From positions 3,621 to 67,620 of the forward strand of contig JBGVCY010000052.1 in NCBI GenBank assembly GCA_045119135.1: DNA of 64,000 nucleotides. Direction: 5' to 3'. Under the pieces are notes generated by a model. That model saw only the letters and a program-made list of their open reading frames with translations, had not been told where the DNA came from and searched no databases. This DNA is from Eubacteriales bacterium (GTDB lineage Bacteria > Bacillota > Clostridia > Oscillospirales > CAG-272). A program made the translations under genes and the position numbers. Below, piece by piece: positions 1 through 10,019 of this stretch. Position 1 is the first letter of the stretch; each line of letters begins with the position of its first letter.

Positions 1-612
1 CCAGAACGGGGTGTGTTTTTCCACGCGAAGCCCGTATACCGAGATATGCTCGGGCGCAAGCCTTGTGAGTGCATCCAGCGTTTTTGCGAAGCTGCTTTCG
101 GTTTGTGCGGGGATACCGAACATGAGATCAACACTGATGTTCGGAAAACCCACGTCACGTGCGGCGGAAAAGGTGTCCAGAAATTCGGCATAACCGTGGG
201 GTCTGCCCAGCAGCTGCAGCTCGTTTTCGTGTATGCTCTGCAGTCCGATGCTAAGACGGTTGATGCCCGCCGCACGCATTTGCGAAAGCTTCTCGCGATC
301 CCCCGCCACGGGGTTACATTCTGCGGTGATCTCGGCATCCCCTTCAAGATTGAAATGTGCCTGAACGGTATCCAAAATGCGCGCAAAATCACTGCCCTCA
401 AGCAGGTTTGGCGTGCCGCCGCCCAGATACACGGTATCCACGCGGTAATCACGAAGGCGCGCACCCTCAAAGCTAAGGTGGTTGATCAGTGCATCCACAT
501 AAGCGCGGCGGCGCTCCTTGTCGGCGGGTGCCGAGTAAAAATCGCAGTAGCGGCATTTTTGCACGCAAAAGGGGATGTGCAGATACAGCCCCAGCTTTTT
601 CGTTTCGCTCAT
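1..612 (-). CDS. hemW: HemW/HemN-like radical SAM protein (oxygen-independent coproporphyrinogen-III oxidase family); N-terminal part, gene runs off the left edge
   Basis: Not in ORF track because there is no stop inside the window. Manual minus-strand translation from ATG at 610-612 gives MSETKKLGLYLHIPFCVQKCRYCDFYSAPADKERRRAYVDALINH..., with a CxxxCxxC radical-SAM motif. The 13..642 plus ORF is its antisense shadow. Confidence 0.8.
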   Translation of the reverse strand, partial: MSETKKLGLYLHIPFCVQKCRYCDFYSAPADKERRRAYVDALINHLSFEGARLRDYRVDTVYLGGGTPNLLEGSDFARILDTVQAHFNLEGDAEITAECNPVAGDREKLSQMRAAGINRLSIGLQSIHENELQLLGRPHGYAEFLDTFSAARDVGFPNISVDLMFGIPAQTESSFAKTLDALTRLAPEHISVYGLRVEKHTPFW

Positions 613-666
613 AGCAATCCCCTTTCTTTTTTATCATTATAGCAAAACGGGTGCGAAAATACAAGT

Positions 667-696
667 GAAAAGGAGAGGCACGCCTCTCCTTTTTTG
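667..696. terminator. Hairpin terminator downstream of glyA
   Basis: aaaaGGAGAGGCacgCCTCTCCtttttt directly after the glyA stop (700-702). Confidence 0.6.
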
Positions 697-699
697 TTT

Positions 700-1935
700 T
701 TAGTTGTAGATCGGGAATTGGCGGCAAAGTGCAACGACCTCTTCGGTCACGCGCTCGCGCGAGCCCTCGAAATCGCGAACAACGCTTTCGATAAAGCCTG
801 CGATCTTTTCCATTTCGGCAACGCCGAAGCCACGCGAGGTAACGGCGGGAGTGCCGATACGCACGCCGCTGGTAATGAAGGGGCTTTGCGGATCGTTGGG
901 AACGGCATTCTTGTTAGCGGTGATATGCACCTCGTCAAGGCGCTTCTCCAGCTCCTTGCCCGTCAGCTCGGTATTGCGCAGGTCAAGCAGCATCAGGTGG
1001 TTATCCGTACCGCCCGAAACCAAGCGGAAGCCGCGGTCGGTAAGACCCTTGGCAAGCGCCGCCGCATTGGTAACGATATTCTGCTGATAGGTCTTGAAGT
1101 CGTCGGTCAGTGCTTCGCCCAGCGCCACCGCTTTCGCGGCGATGATGTGCATCAAGGGACCGCCCTGCGTGCCCGGGAACACTGCCTTGTCGATTGCCTT
1201 TGCCAGCTCTTCGCGGCAAAGGATCAGGCCGCCGCGCGGACCGCGCAACGTCTTGTGCGTGGTGGTGGTCACCACGTCAGCGTAAGGAACGGGCGAGGGG
1301 TGCACGCCTGCGGCGACAAGACCTGCAATGTGTGCCATATCGACCATAAAGTAGGCGCCGACCTCGTCAGCGATCTCGCGGAACTTGGCGAAATCGATCA
1401 CACGGGGGTAAGCGCTGGCACCCGCAAGGATCATTTTGGGACGGCACTCAAGTGCGATCTTGCGGACCGCATCGTAATCGATGGTCTCGGTATCATCCGA
1501 AACACCGTAAGGGACGATATTGAAATATTTGCCCGAAATGTTAACGGGCGAGCCGTGCGACAGGTGACCGCCGTGGGCAAGATTCATCGACAGCACGGTG
1601 TCACCGGGCTGCAGAAGCGCAAAGAAAACGGCAAGGTTTGCGTTGGCGCCGCTGTGAGGCTGTACGTTTGCGTGCTCGGCACCGAACAGCTGCTTGGCGC
1701 GGTTGCGGGCAATCTCCTCGACCTCGTCAACGTACACGCATCCACCGTAGTAGCGCTTGCCGGGATACCCCTCGGCATACTTGTTGGTCAGCACCGTGCC
1801 TGCGGCAAGCAGCACCGCCTTGGAAACGATATTTTCCGAGGCGATCAGCTCAATATTGTTCTGCTGGCGCGAGAATTCGCGGCCGCACGCGGCGGCTACG
1901 TCGGCATCAAAGGTTGCAAGCTCATCAAAAAACAT
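700..1935 (-). CDS. glyA: Serine hydroxymethyltransferase
   Basis: 411 aa; [38 protein letters not shown], and the PLP-lysine region [16 protein letters not shown]. Confidence 0.97.
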   Translation of the reverse strand: MFFDELATFDADVAAACGREFSRQQNNIELIASENIVSKAVLLAAGTVLTNKYAEGYPGKRYYGGCVYVDEVEEIARNRAKQLFGAEHANVQPHSGANANLAVFFALLQPGDTVLSMNLAHGGHLSHGSPVNISGKYFNIVPYGVSDDTETIDYDAVRKIALECRPKMILAGASAYPRVIDFAKFREIADEVGAYFMVDMAHIAGLVAAGVHPSPVPYADVVTTTTHKTLRGPRGGLILCREELAKAIDKAVFPGTQGGPLMHIIAAKAVALGEALTDDFKTYQQNIVTNAAALAKGLTDRGFRLVSGGTDNHLMLLDLRNTELTGKELEKRLDEVHITANKNAVPNDPQSPFITSGVRIGTPAVTSRGFGVAEMEKIAGFIESVVRDFEGSRERVTEEVVALCRQFPIYN

Positions 1936-1961
1936 TTTTTCTTCCTCCTTGGGGGTAAATC

Positions 1962-2846
1962 TTAAAACAGGAAATTGGCAAGTACACTGACAGATCCCAG
2001 TACAAGTCCGATGGCACCGCCCAGCCAGATGATGGCGTTCAGCTCTTTTTTCATCACCGAAAGGAAAAGCTTTTCGATTGCCTCGGGGGGCATGGCATTG
2101 ATCTTTTCTTCAACGATCTCGGCAATGTGGAACTGCGATGCGATCGATCCCGCATACTTATCAACAAGTCGGCGGTAAAGCCCCACAACAACACGCTCGA
2201 AGGCTTCGGTATCCTTGACCCATTCGGCAACGGGCTTGGTCTCAACGCCTTCCAGCTCTGCCGACAGTGCCTCCTTCAGTTTTGCCTTTCCATCCCCTTC
2301 CAAAAATGCGGTAACCTTATCGCCGATGGGGGCGGCAAGCTGAGCGACCATAGCGTCGCTGACGAACATGGCAAGCAGGGGATTTTTGGCGGTAAACGCC
2401 GAAACGGTAGCGGATGCCTCGTTGGCGATGACCTCGCCCACGTTCATAGCAAGGATGCCCTGCAGAATACGGTCGGTCAGATAATCCAGCACGACATCGC
2501 GCTTGGCATCGTAATTCTCGCCAAACAGCGATTCCCCCGACGAACGGATCGACGGGAAGGCAAGAATACCCTTGGCAATGGTGTGCGAAATCTCGTCGGA
2601 AAGCAGCGCTTTCTTCAAATCCTCGGTACGTACCAGCGATTCGCTGATCATTCTTCCCATCGCTCGTGCCAACGCGCCCTGACGGCGAGGCATAATACCC
2701 GGGGTAAAGGGGATTTTGAATTTGCCGATGTATTTGACGCGATAAGGGCGGAAGAGCATTTTGACCGCAATATAGTTGGTAAAAATACCGATCACGGCGC
2801 TCATCACAAGCACAACGACGATACGCAAAATCTCGATAGGCTCCAT
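1962..2846 (-). CDS. DUF445-family membrane protein
   Basis: TM N-terminus followed by [14 protein letters not shown]...[12 protein letters not shown], typical of DUF445/YheB-like proteins. AAGGAG RBS sits 7 nt before the ATG at 2844-2846 (MEPIE...). Confidence 0.75.
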   Translation of the reverse strand: MEPIEILRIVVVLVMSAVIGIFTNYIAVKMLFRPYRVKYIGKFKIPFTPGIMPRRQGALARAMGRMISESLVRTEDLKKALLSDEISHTIAKGILAFPSIRSSGESLFGENYDAKRDVVLDYLTDRILQGILAMNVGEVIANEASATVSAFTAKNPLLAMFVSDAMVAQLAAPIGDKVTAFLEGDGKAKLKEALSAELEGVETKPVAEWVKDTEAFERVVVGLYRRLVDKYAGSIASQFHIAEIVEEKINAMPPEAIEKLFLSVMKKELNAIIWLGGAIGLVLGSVSVLANFLF

Positions 2847-2949
2847 AAGGCATCTCCTTTTCAAAAAACAGTAAAAATATTATACCAAAAAGCAAGCAGA
2901 AAATCAAGGGATACGCCAAAAAAACCACAGATTTGTCACACACTTCGCC

Positions 2950-2978
2950 TTGCGCGCAGGCGGGAAATATGCTATACT
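2950..2978 (+). promoter_or_regulatory. Sigma-A type promoter for the yhaO/yhaN-like pair
   Basis: TTGCGC-17 nt-TATACT, about 37 nt upstream of the ATG at 3015. Confidence 0.45.
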
Positions 2979-3014
2979 GAAGGGGAAGTATCTTTTTTGA
3001 AGGGAGGATATCCC

Positions 3015-4121
3015 ATGCTACGGTTTTTACATGCGGGCGACCTGCACCTCGGCAGTGCCGCGGCGGCGTTTTCGCCGCGGGCGGCGGCACGCCGCCGAGA
3101 GCGACAGCTGGCGGCACTGGAGCGCTTGCTGAAGGATGCTGTTGCGGCAGGCGCACAGCTGTTTTTGTTTGCGGGCGACGTGTTTGATACCCCCGCACCC
3201 GATGCCGATCTCACGGCGCGCTTTTTCTCGATCCTGGGCGCGGCACCCGTCCCCTCGCTGGTTGTGCCCGGCAATCACGATTTTTACCGCGCGGGCGGTC
3301 CGTGGACAAGCACCGCGATCCCCGAAAACGTTTATGTTTTCGATACCCCTACGCTTTCCTGTATTGATTTCCCCACCCTGAACACATCGGTCTGGGGCTA
3401 CGCCTTTACGGGTGAAAGCAGCCCCTCGCCCACGCTTGGCGGCAGTGCCGACCGCATCGAGGGGCGCATCTCGCTCTTGCTGGCGCACGCAGATCTGACC
3501 TCGCCCATCTCCCCTTACGCGCCGATCACGGCGGGACAGCTCGAAGCGTCGGGCTTTGCCTATGCCGCGCTCGGTCACATCCACAACCCGGGTGAGCCCC
3601 GTCGTTATGGCGGCACGGTTGCCGCATACAGCGGATTTTTTGCAGGTCGCGGCTTTGACGAGACCGGCAAGGGCGGCGCACTTCTGGTTGAGATTGAGGG
3701 CTCGCACACCGCGATCACGCCCCTTGAAAGCACTGCTGACCGCTTTGAGCGGCGCACCCTTGACCTGACGGGTGCCACCGGCGGTGAGGAGGTTCGCACC
3801 CGTGTGGCGGCATACCTTGCCGACTGTGAGCTTTCCGATGACACCGCGCTGCGCCTTTCGCTAACGGGCAACGTGGGACTTTCCTGCTCGCCCGACACGG
3901 TAGTGCTTTCCGCCCTTGGTGAGCGCTTTGCGCTGTTCGAGGTCATCGACGAAACGCTACCGATCTTTGATGCCGCTTATCTGGAAAAGGACCCCACAAT
4001 GCGGGGCGCCTTTTACCGCGCGATGCTGCCCCGCCTTGGTTCGGCAGATGCCGAAACACGCGCCACCGCCGCCGAGGCGTTGCGCCTTGGCTTTGCCGCG
4101 CTTTCGGGCAAGGAGGTGTGA
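3015..4121 (+). CDS. Metallophosphoesterase / SbcD-like DNA repair exonuclease (YhaO-like)
   Basis: MLRFLHAGDLHLGS..., FLFAGDVFD, VVPGNHD and GHIH calcineurin-like motifs. GGGAGG RBS precedes the start. The 5' part of ORF 2127..4121 is antisense to the DUF445 gene. Confidence 0.82.
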   Translation: MLRFLHAGDLHLGSAAAAFSPRAAARRRERQLAALERLLKDAVAAGAQLFLFAGDVFDTPAPDADLTARFFSILGAAPVPSLVVPGNHDFYRAGGPWTSTAIPENVYVFDTPTLSCIDFPTLNTSVWGYAFTGESSPSPTLGGSADRIEGRISLLLAHADLTSPISPYAPITAGQLEASGFAYAALGHIHNPGEPRRYGGTVAAYSGFFAGRGFDETGKGGALLVEIEGSHTAITPLESTADRFERRTLDLTGATGGEEVRTRVAAYLADCELSDDTALRLSLTGNVGLSCSPDTVVLSALGERFALFEVIDETLPIFDAAYLEKDPTMRGAFYRAMLPRLGSADAETRATAAEALRLGFAALSGKEV

Positions 4122-4122
4122 G

Positions 4123-6396
4123 ATGCGCTTTATCAAAATGGAAATTGAAGAATTCGGCAAGCTGACCGATTTTTCGCTGACACTTGGCGAGGGTCTGAAC
4201 CTTGTCGAGGGCAAAAACGAATCGGGCAAAAGCACACTGCTTGCCTTTCTGCGTTTTGCGCTTTACAGCTTTCCGCGCCGCAACAGCGAGGGCGGAGACG
4301 AGCGCGATAAGCGCCTTTCATGGCGCAACCGCCGCGCGGCGGGGTCACTGACCCTTTCTCACGGCGGCGAGGAATACCGCATTACCCGCACCTTTACCGT
4401 GCGCGGCACCGCCGCGCGCGAGGTTCCGAGCGAATCGCTTTCGGTGGTGCGCATATCGGACGGACAAAAGATATCGCTTGACGGAAAAACGCCCGGCGAA
4501 TACTTCCTTGGACTGCCCGCCGAGCTATACGACAGCAGTCTTTGCCTGTCGCAATCGGATGCGGCGCGCGTGGCATCGCCCGCCGTGCGCGAAGCCGTAG
4601 GCGACCTCTTATTTTCGGGCGAATCAACGCTTTGCGCCGAGGGCGCCGAAGCGAAGCTACAGGCGGCGCGCCGCGATCTGCAGCATCAAAGGGGCAGAGG
4701 CGGTCGCATTGCCGCGCTTGAGGACGAGCAGGCACGCCTGGATCTGGAGCTATCCAAGGCACGCGACGACGCCGCACGACTTGCCGCAATGCGTGCCGAA
4801 AGTCACCGTTGCCGCGCCGCATTACAGCAGCAACGCGACGGGCTTTACACCGTCTCGGCGGCGCTGGAGCGCGCAGGAATTGAGCAGACGTTATCGCTTT
4901 TTGAGGCACGCGACCGCGCCGCCGCAGAGGAGCGCACCTGCCGCGCCGCGCTGGATACCGCCGAGCAGCAGCTGGCGGCACTGCCCGATCGCAACGCTGC
5001 CTCGCGCGTGGCGCTGGCGCTTCGTGATGCGGAAAACGCACGCGAAAACGTGGCGCGCGTGGCGCCCGAGGTTGCCCGTCTTGAGACCGTACAATACAAC
5101 GAAAAGCTGTTGCACACCGCCGCACGCGTGCGCGAGCAGGGGGGTGCGCCGTTACTGCTTGCCAAGCACGCAAAGCTTTCGGGTGGTGCAAAAAGGCTTG
5201 GTATCGCAGCGCTGATCTTGCTGTTGCTGGGTGCGCTTTGCGCACTGCCCGCGCTACTCTTTCCGGAGCTGTTGCTTTACGCCGCAGCGGGCGGCGGCGC
5301 GTTGCTGTTGGCGGCATGCTTCACCCTTCTCCTATCACTTGGCAAGCGCCGCCGTGCCAAGCGCCTTGTCGCAGAGCTTGGCGCCGTTGACACGGTGATG
5401 CTTCGCACCTATCTGGAGCAATGCGAGCGCGAGCGCGCATCATACGAGGCGCACCTCGAACACCTTGCAAGGTTGCAGGGTGAGCTGGCAAGCGCCCGTC
5501 AGGTGGAAGCGGGAGCGACCGAGCGCCTGCGCACCGAGTTTTCGGTATTTGGCACTGACCCCCGCGCCGTGACCCCTGAGATCGCACACGATCTTTTGAC
5601 GGCGCTGAACGAGCGCCGCACCGCCGCCGAGCAGGCGCGCGAGCGCGCATTGCTTGCCTTTGAAAAGGCAAAAGGAGCAAGAGAAACCCTTGCCGAGCGA
5701 CTTGCCGCGCAGGACGAGGCGGCGCTCCGCGCGCGCCGTGATGCACTGCCCGCAACGGGTGAAAATGCAGAAGCACTGCAATCCAGGCAAGCGCTGTTAC
5801 AGCACGCCGTGCGCGAGGCAGAGGCGAAGGTTGCCGAAGCCGAGCGCGCCGAATCGGCGTTGGCGGCAACCGCGCACGATCCCGAAGCCCTTGCGCGCGA
5901 GCGCGGTGCAATCGTCGCCGAGCTGGATGCGGCACGCCGCCGCCTTGCGGCGATCGGTATGGCTCTTTCGGCACTCGGAGAGGCGACCGAGGACCTTCGC
6001 CGCGGCATCACGCCGCGCCTGCGTGAGGATGCCTCGCGCATTTTCCGCGAGCTGACCGAGGGCGCTTACGAGGGGCTGGTGCTTGGCAACGATTTTTCGA
6101 TCTCGCTTATGGCCGGCGGTGAGCCGATGCCGCTTTCGCGCTTTAGCGCAGGCTGTCGGGATGCCGCGCATCTCTCGCTTCGCCTTGCCCTGCTTTCGAC
6201 CCTGACCGACGAGCGCCTGCCGCTGTTGCTTGACGAGGCGTTCTCCCGCCTTGACGACGACCGTGCGGCGGCACTGCTTAGCATTCTGCAGGGCTATGCC
6301 CGTGCGGGCGGGCAGGTGCTGCTGTTCACCTGCCACAGCCGCGAGCGCGTGATGCTGGCAGATGATCCCGCCACAAACGCAGTAGAACTGCTATAA
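4123..6396 (+). CDS. AAA/SMC-like ATPase (YhaN/SbcC-like) with a central hydrophobic hairpin
   Basis: MRFIKMEIEEFGKL...EGKNESGKSTLL Walker A, long Ala/Arg/Glu coiled-coil, and C-terminal LLLDEAFSRLDD Walker B. The start lies 1 nt after the yhaO-like stop. Confidence 0.82.
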   Translation: MRFIKMEIEEFGKLTDFSLTLGEGLNLVEGKNESGKSTLLAFLRFALYSFPRRNSEGGDERDKRLSWRNRRAAGSLTLSHGGEEYRITRTFTVRGTAAREVPSESLSVVRISDGQKISLDGKTPGEYFLGLPAELYDSSLCLSQSDAARVASPAVREAVGDLLFSGESTLCAEGAEAKLQAARRDLQHQRGRGGRIAALEDEQARLDLELSKARDDAARLAAMRAESHRCRAALQQQRDGLYTVSAALERAGIEQTLSLFEARDRAAAEERTCRAALDTAEQQLAALPDRNAASRVALALRDAENARENVARVAPEVARLETVQYNEKLLHTAARVREQGGAPLLLAKHAKLSGGAKRLGIAALILLLLGALCALPALLFPELLLYAAAGGGALLLAACFTLLLSLGKRRRAKRLVAELGAVDTVMLRTYLEQCERERASYEAHLEHLARLQGELASARQVEAGATERLRTEFSVFGTDPRAVTPEIAHDLLTALNERRTAAEQARERALLAFEKAKGARETLAERLAAQDEAALRARRDALPATGENAEALQSRQALLQHAVREAEAKVAEAERAESALAATAHDPEALARERGAIVAELDAARRRLAAIGMALSALGEATEDLRRGITPRLREDASRIFRELTEGAYEGLVLGNDFSISLMAGGEPMPLSRFSAGCRDAAHLSLRLALLSTLTDERLPLLLDEAFSRLDDDRAAALLSILQGYARAGGQVLLFTCHSRERVMLADDPATNAVELL

Positions 6397-6420
6397 AAGC
6401 AGGTATGTGCTAGCAAAAAC

Positions 6421-6450
6421 AAAAACGCTCCCACGTGGGAGCGTTTTTTG
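6421..6450. terminator. Bidirectional terminator between the yhaN-like gene and dapB
   Basis: aaaaACGCTCCCACGTGGGAGCGTtttttg. The same hairpin recurs at 49558-49586. Confidence 0.75.
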
Positions 6451-6467
6451 TTCACTTGCGGTCAAAC

Positions 6468-7223
6468 TTACAGTGCGCTGACTACATCATCCATATTGTA
6501 AAATCCTGCGGGCTTGCCCGAAAGGAAGTGCGCGGCGCGAATGGCGCCCGTGGCAAACACCTCGCGCGACGAGGCACTGTGCGAAAGGGTGATCACCTCA
6601 TCCTTGCCGCAGAACATCACCTCATGCTCGCCCACGATCGTGCCGCCGCGCACGGCGTGCAGACCGATCTCGCCGCGGGCGCGCTGACGGCGCTCGGCAT
6701 GGCGATCGTAAACGTAGGGGTGTGCTTCCCTCTCGCCCTCGGTAATGGCATCGGCGATCATCAGCGCCGTGCCGCTGGGGGCATCCAGCTTGCGGTTGTG
6801 ATGCTTTTCGATAATTTCAATATCAAAATCGTCACCAAGCGTTGCTGCCGCGCGGCGGCAAAGCGAGATAAGCAAATTGATGCCAAGCGACATATTGCGC
6901 GAAAAGAATACGGCGACCTTCTCGGATGCCGCCTTCATTGCGGCAAGCTCCTCTTCGGTGTGGCCCGTGGTGCAAACCACAAGGGGTGTGCCCGTTTTGG
7001 TGGCATAGGCAAGCAGTGCGCCAAGGGCGCTGTGATGCGAGAAATCAACGATCACGTCAGCCTTGCCCACAAATTCATCGGGTGAGGTGAACACGGGATA
7101 GGGACTGGTGGCAGCAGGGTTAATATCAACGCCCGCAACAATGCGGTCGCCCGCCGCCTCAGCCGCGGCGGCAACTGCCGCACCCATACGGCCGCCACAG
7201 CCGCAAAGCAAAATATTCAACAT
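6468..7223 (-). CDS. dapB: 4-hydroxy-tetrahydrodipicolinate reductase
   Basis: 251 aa; MLNILLCGCGGRMG N-terminal NAD fold and EIIEKHHNRKLDAPSGTAL signature. Confidence 0.95.
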   Translation of the reverse strand: MLNILLCGCGGRMGAAVAAAAEAAGDRIVAGVDINPAATSPYPVFTSPDEFVGKADVIVDFSHHSALGALLAYATKTGTPLVVCTTGHTEEELAAMKAASEKVAVFFSRNMSLGINLLISLCRRAAATLGDDFDIEIIEKHHNRKLDAPSGTALMIADAITEGEREAHPYVYDRHAERRQRARGEIGLHAVRGGTIVGEHEVMFCGKDEVITLSHSASSREVFATGAIRAAHFLSGKPAGFYNMDDVVSAL

Positions 7224-7241
7224 TTCAACGTCCCCCGTGGC

Positions 7242-8135
7242 TTACAGCAAGCCGTAATCGCGCATGGCGTTCTTCAGCTTTTCCAGGTTGTGAGGCTCCA
7301 TCTGCGACAGGGGCAGGCGGATCTCCTCACCGCAAAATCCGAGCAGTGCGGATGCGGTTTTGACGGGGATGGGATTGACCTCGCAGAACAGAGCATTCAT
7401 CAGGCGCAGATACTTCAGCTGCAGCTCGGCACCCTTCTGAAAGTCGCCCGCAAGGCAGGCGGCGCAGAGGTCGTGTGCCACGGTGGGCATAATGCCCGAG
7501 AATACCGAGATCACACCCTTGCCACCCAGCGACATAATGGGGACGATCTGGTCATCGTTACCCGAGTAAATATCCAGCGCATCACCGCACTCTGCGACAA
7601 GCTCGGCAATGGCGGAAAGGTTGCCCGATGCCTCTTTCACGGCGACGATGCGCTCGTGTTTCGACAGCTCGCGGTAAACGGGCAGGGTGATGTTCACGCC
7701 CGTGCGCGAGGGCACGTTATACAGAATGATGGGCTTATCGGTGGCTTCCGCCGTGGCAAGGAAGCTCTCGATCAGGCCCTTCGGGGTCGCCTTATTATAA
7801 TAGGGGGTCACCAGCAACAAACCGTCACAGCCCACCTCGCAGGCATAGCGTGACAGCTCGATGCCGTAGGCGGTATCGTTACTGCCCGTGCCCGCAATAA
7901 CGGGAACGCGACCTGCCACCTTTTCGACCGAGTAACGCAGAAGGTCGCAATGCTCCTCGTGCGAAAGGGTTGCCGCCTCGCCCGTGGTGCCCGCGATCAC
8001 AAGGGCATCAATGCCGCCCGCAATCTGCGTATCGATCAGGGTGTCAAGGCTGGCGTAATCGATCTTCCCATCCTTGAAGGGGGTGATCAGCGCGGTTGCC
8101 GCGCCGCAAAAGATGCTTTTCTTCAGCTTGCTCAT
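7242..8135 (-). CDS. dapA: 4-hydroxy-tetrahydrodipicolinate synthase
   Basis: 297 aa; ITPF...GIDALVIAGTTGEAATLS, VIAGTGSNDT, and YNVPSRTG with VAVKEASG (catalytic Lys region). Confidence 0.95.
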   Translation of the reverse strand: MSKLKKSIFCGAATALITPFKDGKIDYASLDTLIDTQIAGGIDALVIAGTTGEAATLSHEEHCDLLRYSVEKVAGRVPVIAGTGSNDTAYGIELSRYACEVGCDGLLLVTPYYNKATPKGLIESFLATAEATDKPIILYNVPSRTGVNITLPVYRELSKHERIVAVKEASGNLSAIAELVAECGDALDIYSGNDDQIVPIMSLGGKGVISVFSGIMPTVAHDLCAACLAGDFQKGAELQLKYLRLMNALFCEVNPIPVKTASALLGFCGEEIRLPLSQMEPHNLEKLKNAMRDYGLL

Positions 8136-8180
8136 GGTGATGTAATCCTCACTTTCTTCTGCGAAAAAACAAAGGAAAAT

Positions 8181-8411
8181 AAAAAAACTGGTTGAAAACC
8201 AGCTGCTGTTGTACTATAATAAAGACAGTGTTGCACCGTCCCAACATACAGATAGTTCTCCGTCATTCCTGACGACAGTTCCACAGCTATGAACCGTGTG
8301 AACCAGCAGGGCACCAGCCGCTGATGCCAAACTTCGGCACGCTGCGCTCCCACACAGGGTCGCTGGCGACGGCCGCCTATCCTGTGCGAGGTCACAATGT
8401 GCGCCTCTATC
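8181..8411 (-). promoter_or_regulatory. Lysine riboswitch (L-box) with terminator, leader of dapA-dapB
   Basis: Minus-strand read: GATAGAGGCGC...GTGCCGAAG...GGAACTGTCGTCAGGAATGACGGAGAACTATC, then CTGGTTttcaAACCAGttttttt (8181-8203). ORF 8132..8488 is spurious. Confidence 0.8.
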
Positions 8412-8520
8412 ATCATATTATGTTTTTTCGACTGTTTCGTCCCCTTTATCTTAACACACCGAAAACCGCTTGTCAACGGGTTTGGCAAGAATTGTGATAT
8501 TTTTCGTGAAAGGATACCCT

Positions 8521-9600
8521 ATGACAAAGCCGATCCGCAACCAACAGATCAAAACCGACCTGACGACCTCTGATTTTTATTACGACCTGCCGCAGGAGCG
8601 CATTGCACAGCACCCCGTCGAGCCGCGCGATTCCTCGCGTCTGATGGTGGTTGACCGCAAGACGGGTGCGCTGTCTCACGGCGTATTTTCCGATATCATC
8701 AACTACCTTCGCGAGGGTGACGTGCTTGTCATCAACGATTCGAAGGTCATCCCCGCGCGCCTTTACGGCACGGTTGAGGGACGTCCCGATGCCGCTATTG
8801 AGCTGCTGTTGCTACGCCAGCGCGAGCTGGATACCTGGGAGGTGCTGGTGAAGCCCGGCAAGCGTGCCCGCATCGGCGCGCGCCTCACGTTCGGCGAAGG
8901 ACTGCTTGGCGCCGAGGTGGTGGATATCGTGGAGGAGGGCAACCGTCTGGTGCACTTCACCTATGACAAGACCGCGCACGCCAACATTTATGATATTCTG
9001 CACAAGATCGGTCTGATGCCCCTGCCGCCTTACATCACCGAACGCCTTGAAAACAAGGACCGCTATCAAACGGTGTATGCACGCGAAGAAGGCTCTGCCG
9101 CCGCACCCACAGCGGGCTTGCATTTCACGCCCGAGCTGCTGGAGCGCATCCGCGCAAAGGGTGTCGCCATTGCGCCCGTAATGCTGCACGTGGGTCTTGG
9201 CACCTTCCGCCCCGTCAAGGTGGAGCGCCTTGACCAGCACGTCATGCATACCGAATACATTTCGGTCAGTCCCGAGAGCGCGGATCTCATTAACGCCCGC
9301 CGCGCGGCGGGCGGACGCATCGTTGCGGTGGGCACAACATCCTGCCGCACGCTCGAAAGCGTGACCGACGAGGCGGGCGTTGTACATCCCGTTTCGGGGG
9401 ATACGGGCATTTTTATCTATCCCGGCTACAAGTTCCGCGCGGTGGATGCCCTCATTACCAACTTTCACCTGCCCGAAAGCACACTGCTGATGCTGGTATC
9501 GGCATTTTCCTCGCGTGAAATCATGATGAACGCATACGAAACGGCAGTCAAAGAAAAATACAGATTTTTCTCCTTCGGCGACGCGATGTTTATTGAATAA
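8521..9600 (+). CDS. queA: S-adenosylmethionine:tRNA ribosyltransferase-isomerase
   Basis: [43 protein letters not shown]..., and [17 protein letters not shown] near the C-terminus. Confidence 0.95.
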   Translation: MTKPIRNQQIKTDLTTSDFYYDLPQERIAQHPVEPRDSSRLMVVDRKTGALSHGVFSDIINYLREGDVLVINDSKVIPARLYGTVEGRPDAAIELLLLRQRELDTWEVLVKPGKRARIGARLTFGEGLLGAEVVDIVEEGNRLVHFTYDKTAHANIYDILHKIGLMPLPPYITERLENKDRYQTVYAREEGSAAAPTAGLHFTPELLERIRAKGVAIAPVMLHVGLGTFRPVKVERLDQHVMHTEYISVSPESADLINARRAAGGRIVAVGTTSCRTLESVTDEAGVVHPVSGDTGIFIYPGYKFRAVDALITNFHLPESTLLMLVSAFSSREIMMNAYETAVKEKYRFFSFGDAMFIE

Positions 9601-9729
9601 ATGAAAAATAAATGATGAATCATTTTGGTTGAGCTCCGCCAAGCGGATCTCTTTCCTGCCTTTTCATGATTCACCATCCCCACATCCCCCGAAACGGGGC
9701 AAATAAATCCAAAAAGAAGGGAGCTCCCC

Positions 9730-9957
9730 ATGATCGATATTGAGGCATTGATGCATATTGCAACCGTGGCGTTGCTGGTGCTTGTGGGCGTGATCGCGGT
9801 ATATCTTGCCATGCGTCTTGCAGGCAAGGTAATCAAAAGCGTGATCGTCATCTTAACGGTGATCGCCATTCTTGTCGCTGTCTATTTTATGTTCATCCGA
9901 TCGGTGCCCCCCGCACCCCTTACACTTTCCCTGCCCTTTTCTTGGCAGGCTGTATGA
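9730..9957 (+). CDS. Small hypothetical membrane protein (75 aa, two hydrophobic helices)
   Basis: GGGAG RBS before the ATG, two TM-like stretches, and a strong terminator immediately downstream. No recognisable family. Confidence 0.45.
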   Translation: MIDIEALMHIATVALLVLVGVIAVYLAMRLAGKVIKSVIVILTVIAILVAVYFMFIRSVPPAPLTLSLPFSWQAV

Positions 9958-9961
9958 CGTG

Positions 9962-9992
9962 ATCTCGGGTGAAAAGCACCCGAGATTTTTTG
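9962..9992 (+). terminator. Rho-independent terminator after the small membrane ORF
   Basis: ATCTCGGGTGaaaagCACCCGAGATtttttt. It overlaps the GTG at 9969, which argues against that start for miaA. Confidence 0.7.
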
Positions 9993-10019
9993 ATTGATTT
10001 TGAAAAAGAGGTGAAGACG

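Noticed and set aside
694-1965. 423-aa ORF antisense to glyA; also the 13..642 plus-strand ORF
   Set aside because: Both lie opposite genes with strong family motifs (glyA, and the hemW-like radical SAM gene that the ORF track misses because it runs off the window edge).
4394-5317. 307-aa arginine-rich ORF antisense to the yhaN-like gene
   Set aside because: Extreme Arg/Ala/Pro bias reflects the reverse complement of an Ala/Arg/Glu coiled-coil coding region. It has no start context.
8132-8488. 118-aa minus-strand ORF upstream of dapA
   Set aside because: It covers the lysine riboswitch and its terminator, so the region is better explained as leader RNA.
9969-10019. GTG at 9969 as the miaA start
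   Set aside because: That codon lies inside the terminator hairpin of the preceding small ORF. The TTG at 10020, with a GAGGTG RBS, gives an N-terminus beginning just before the P-loop.
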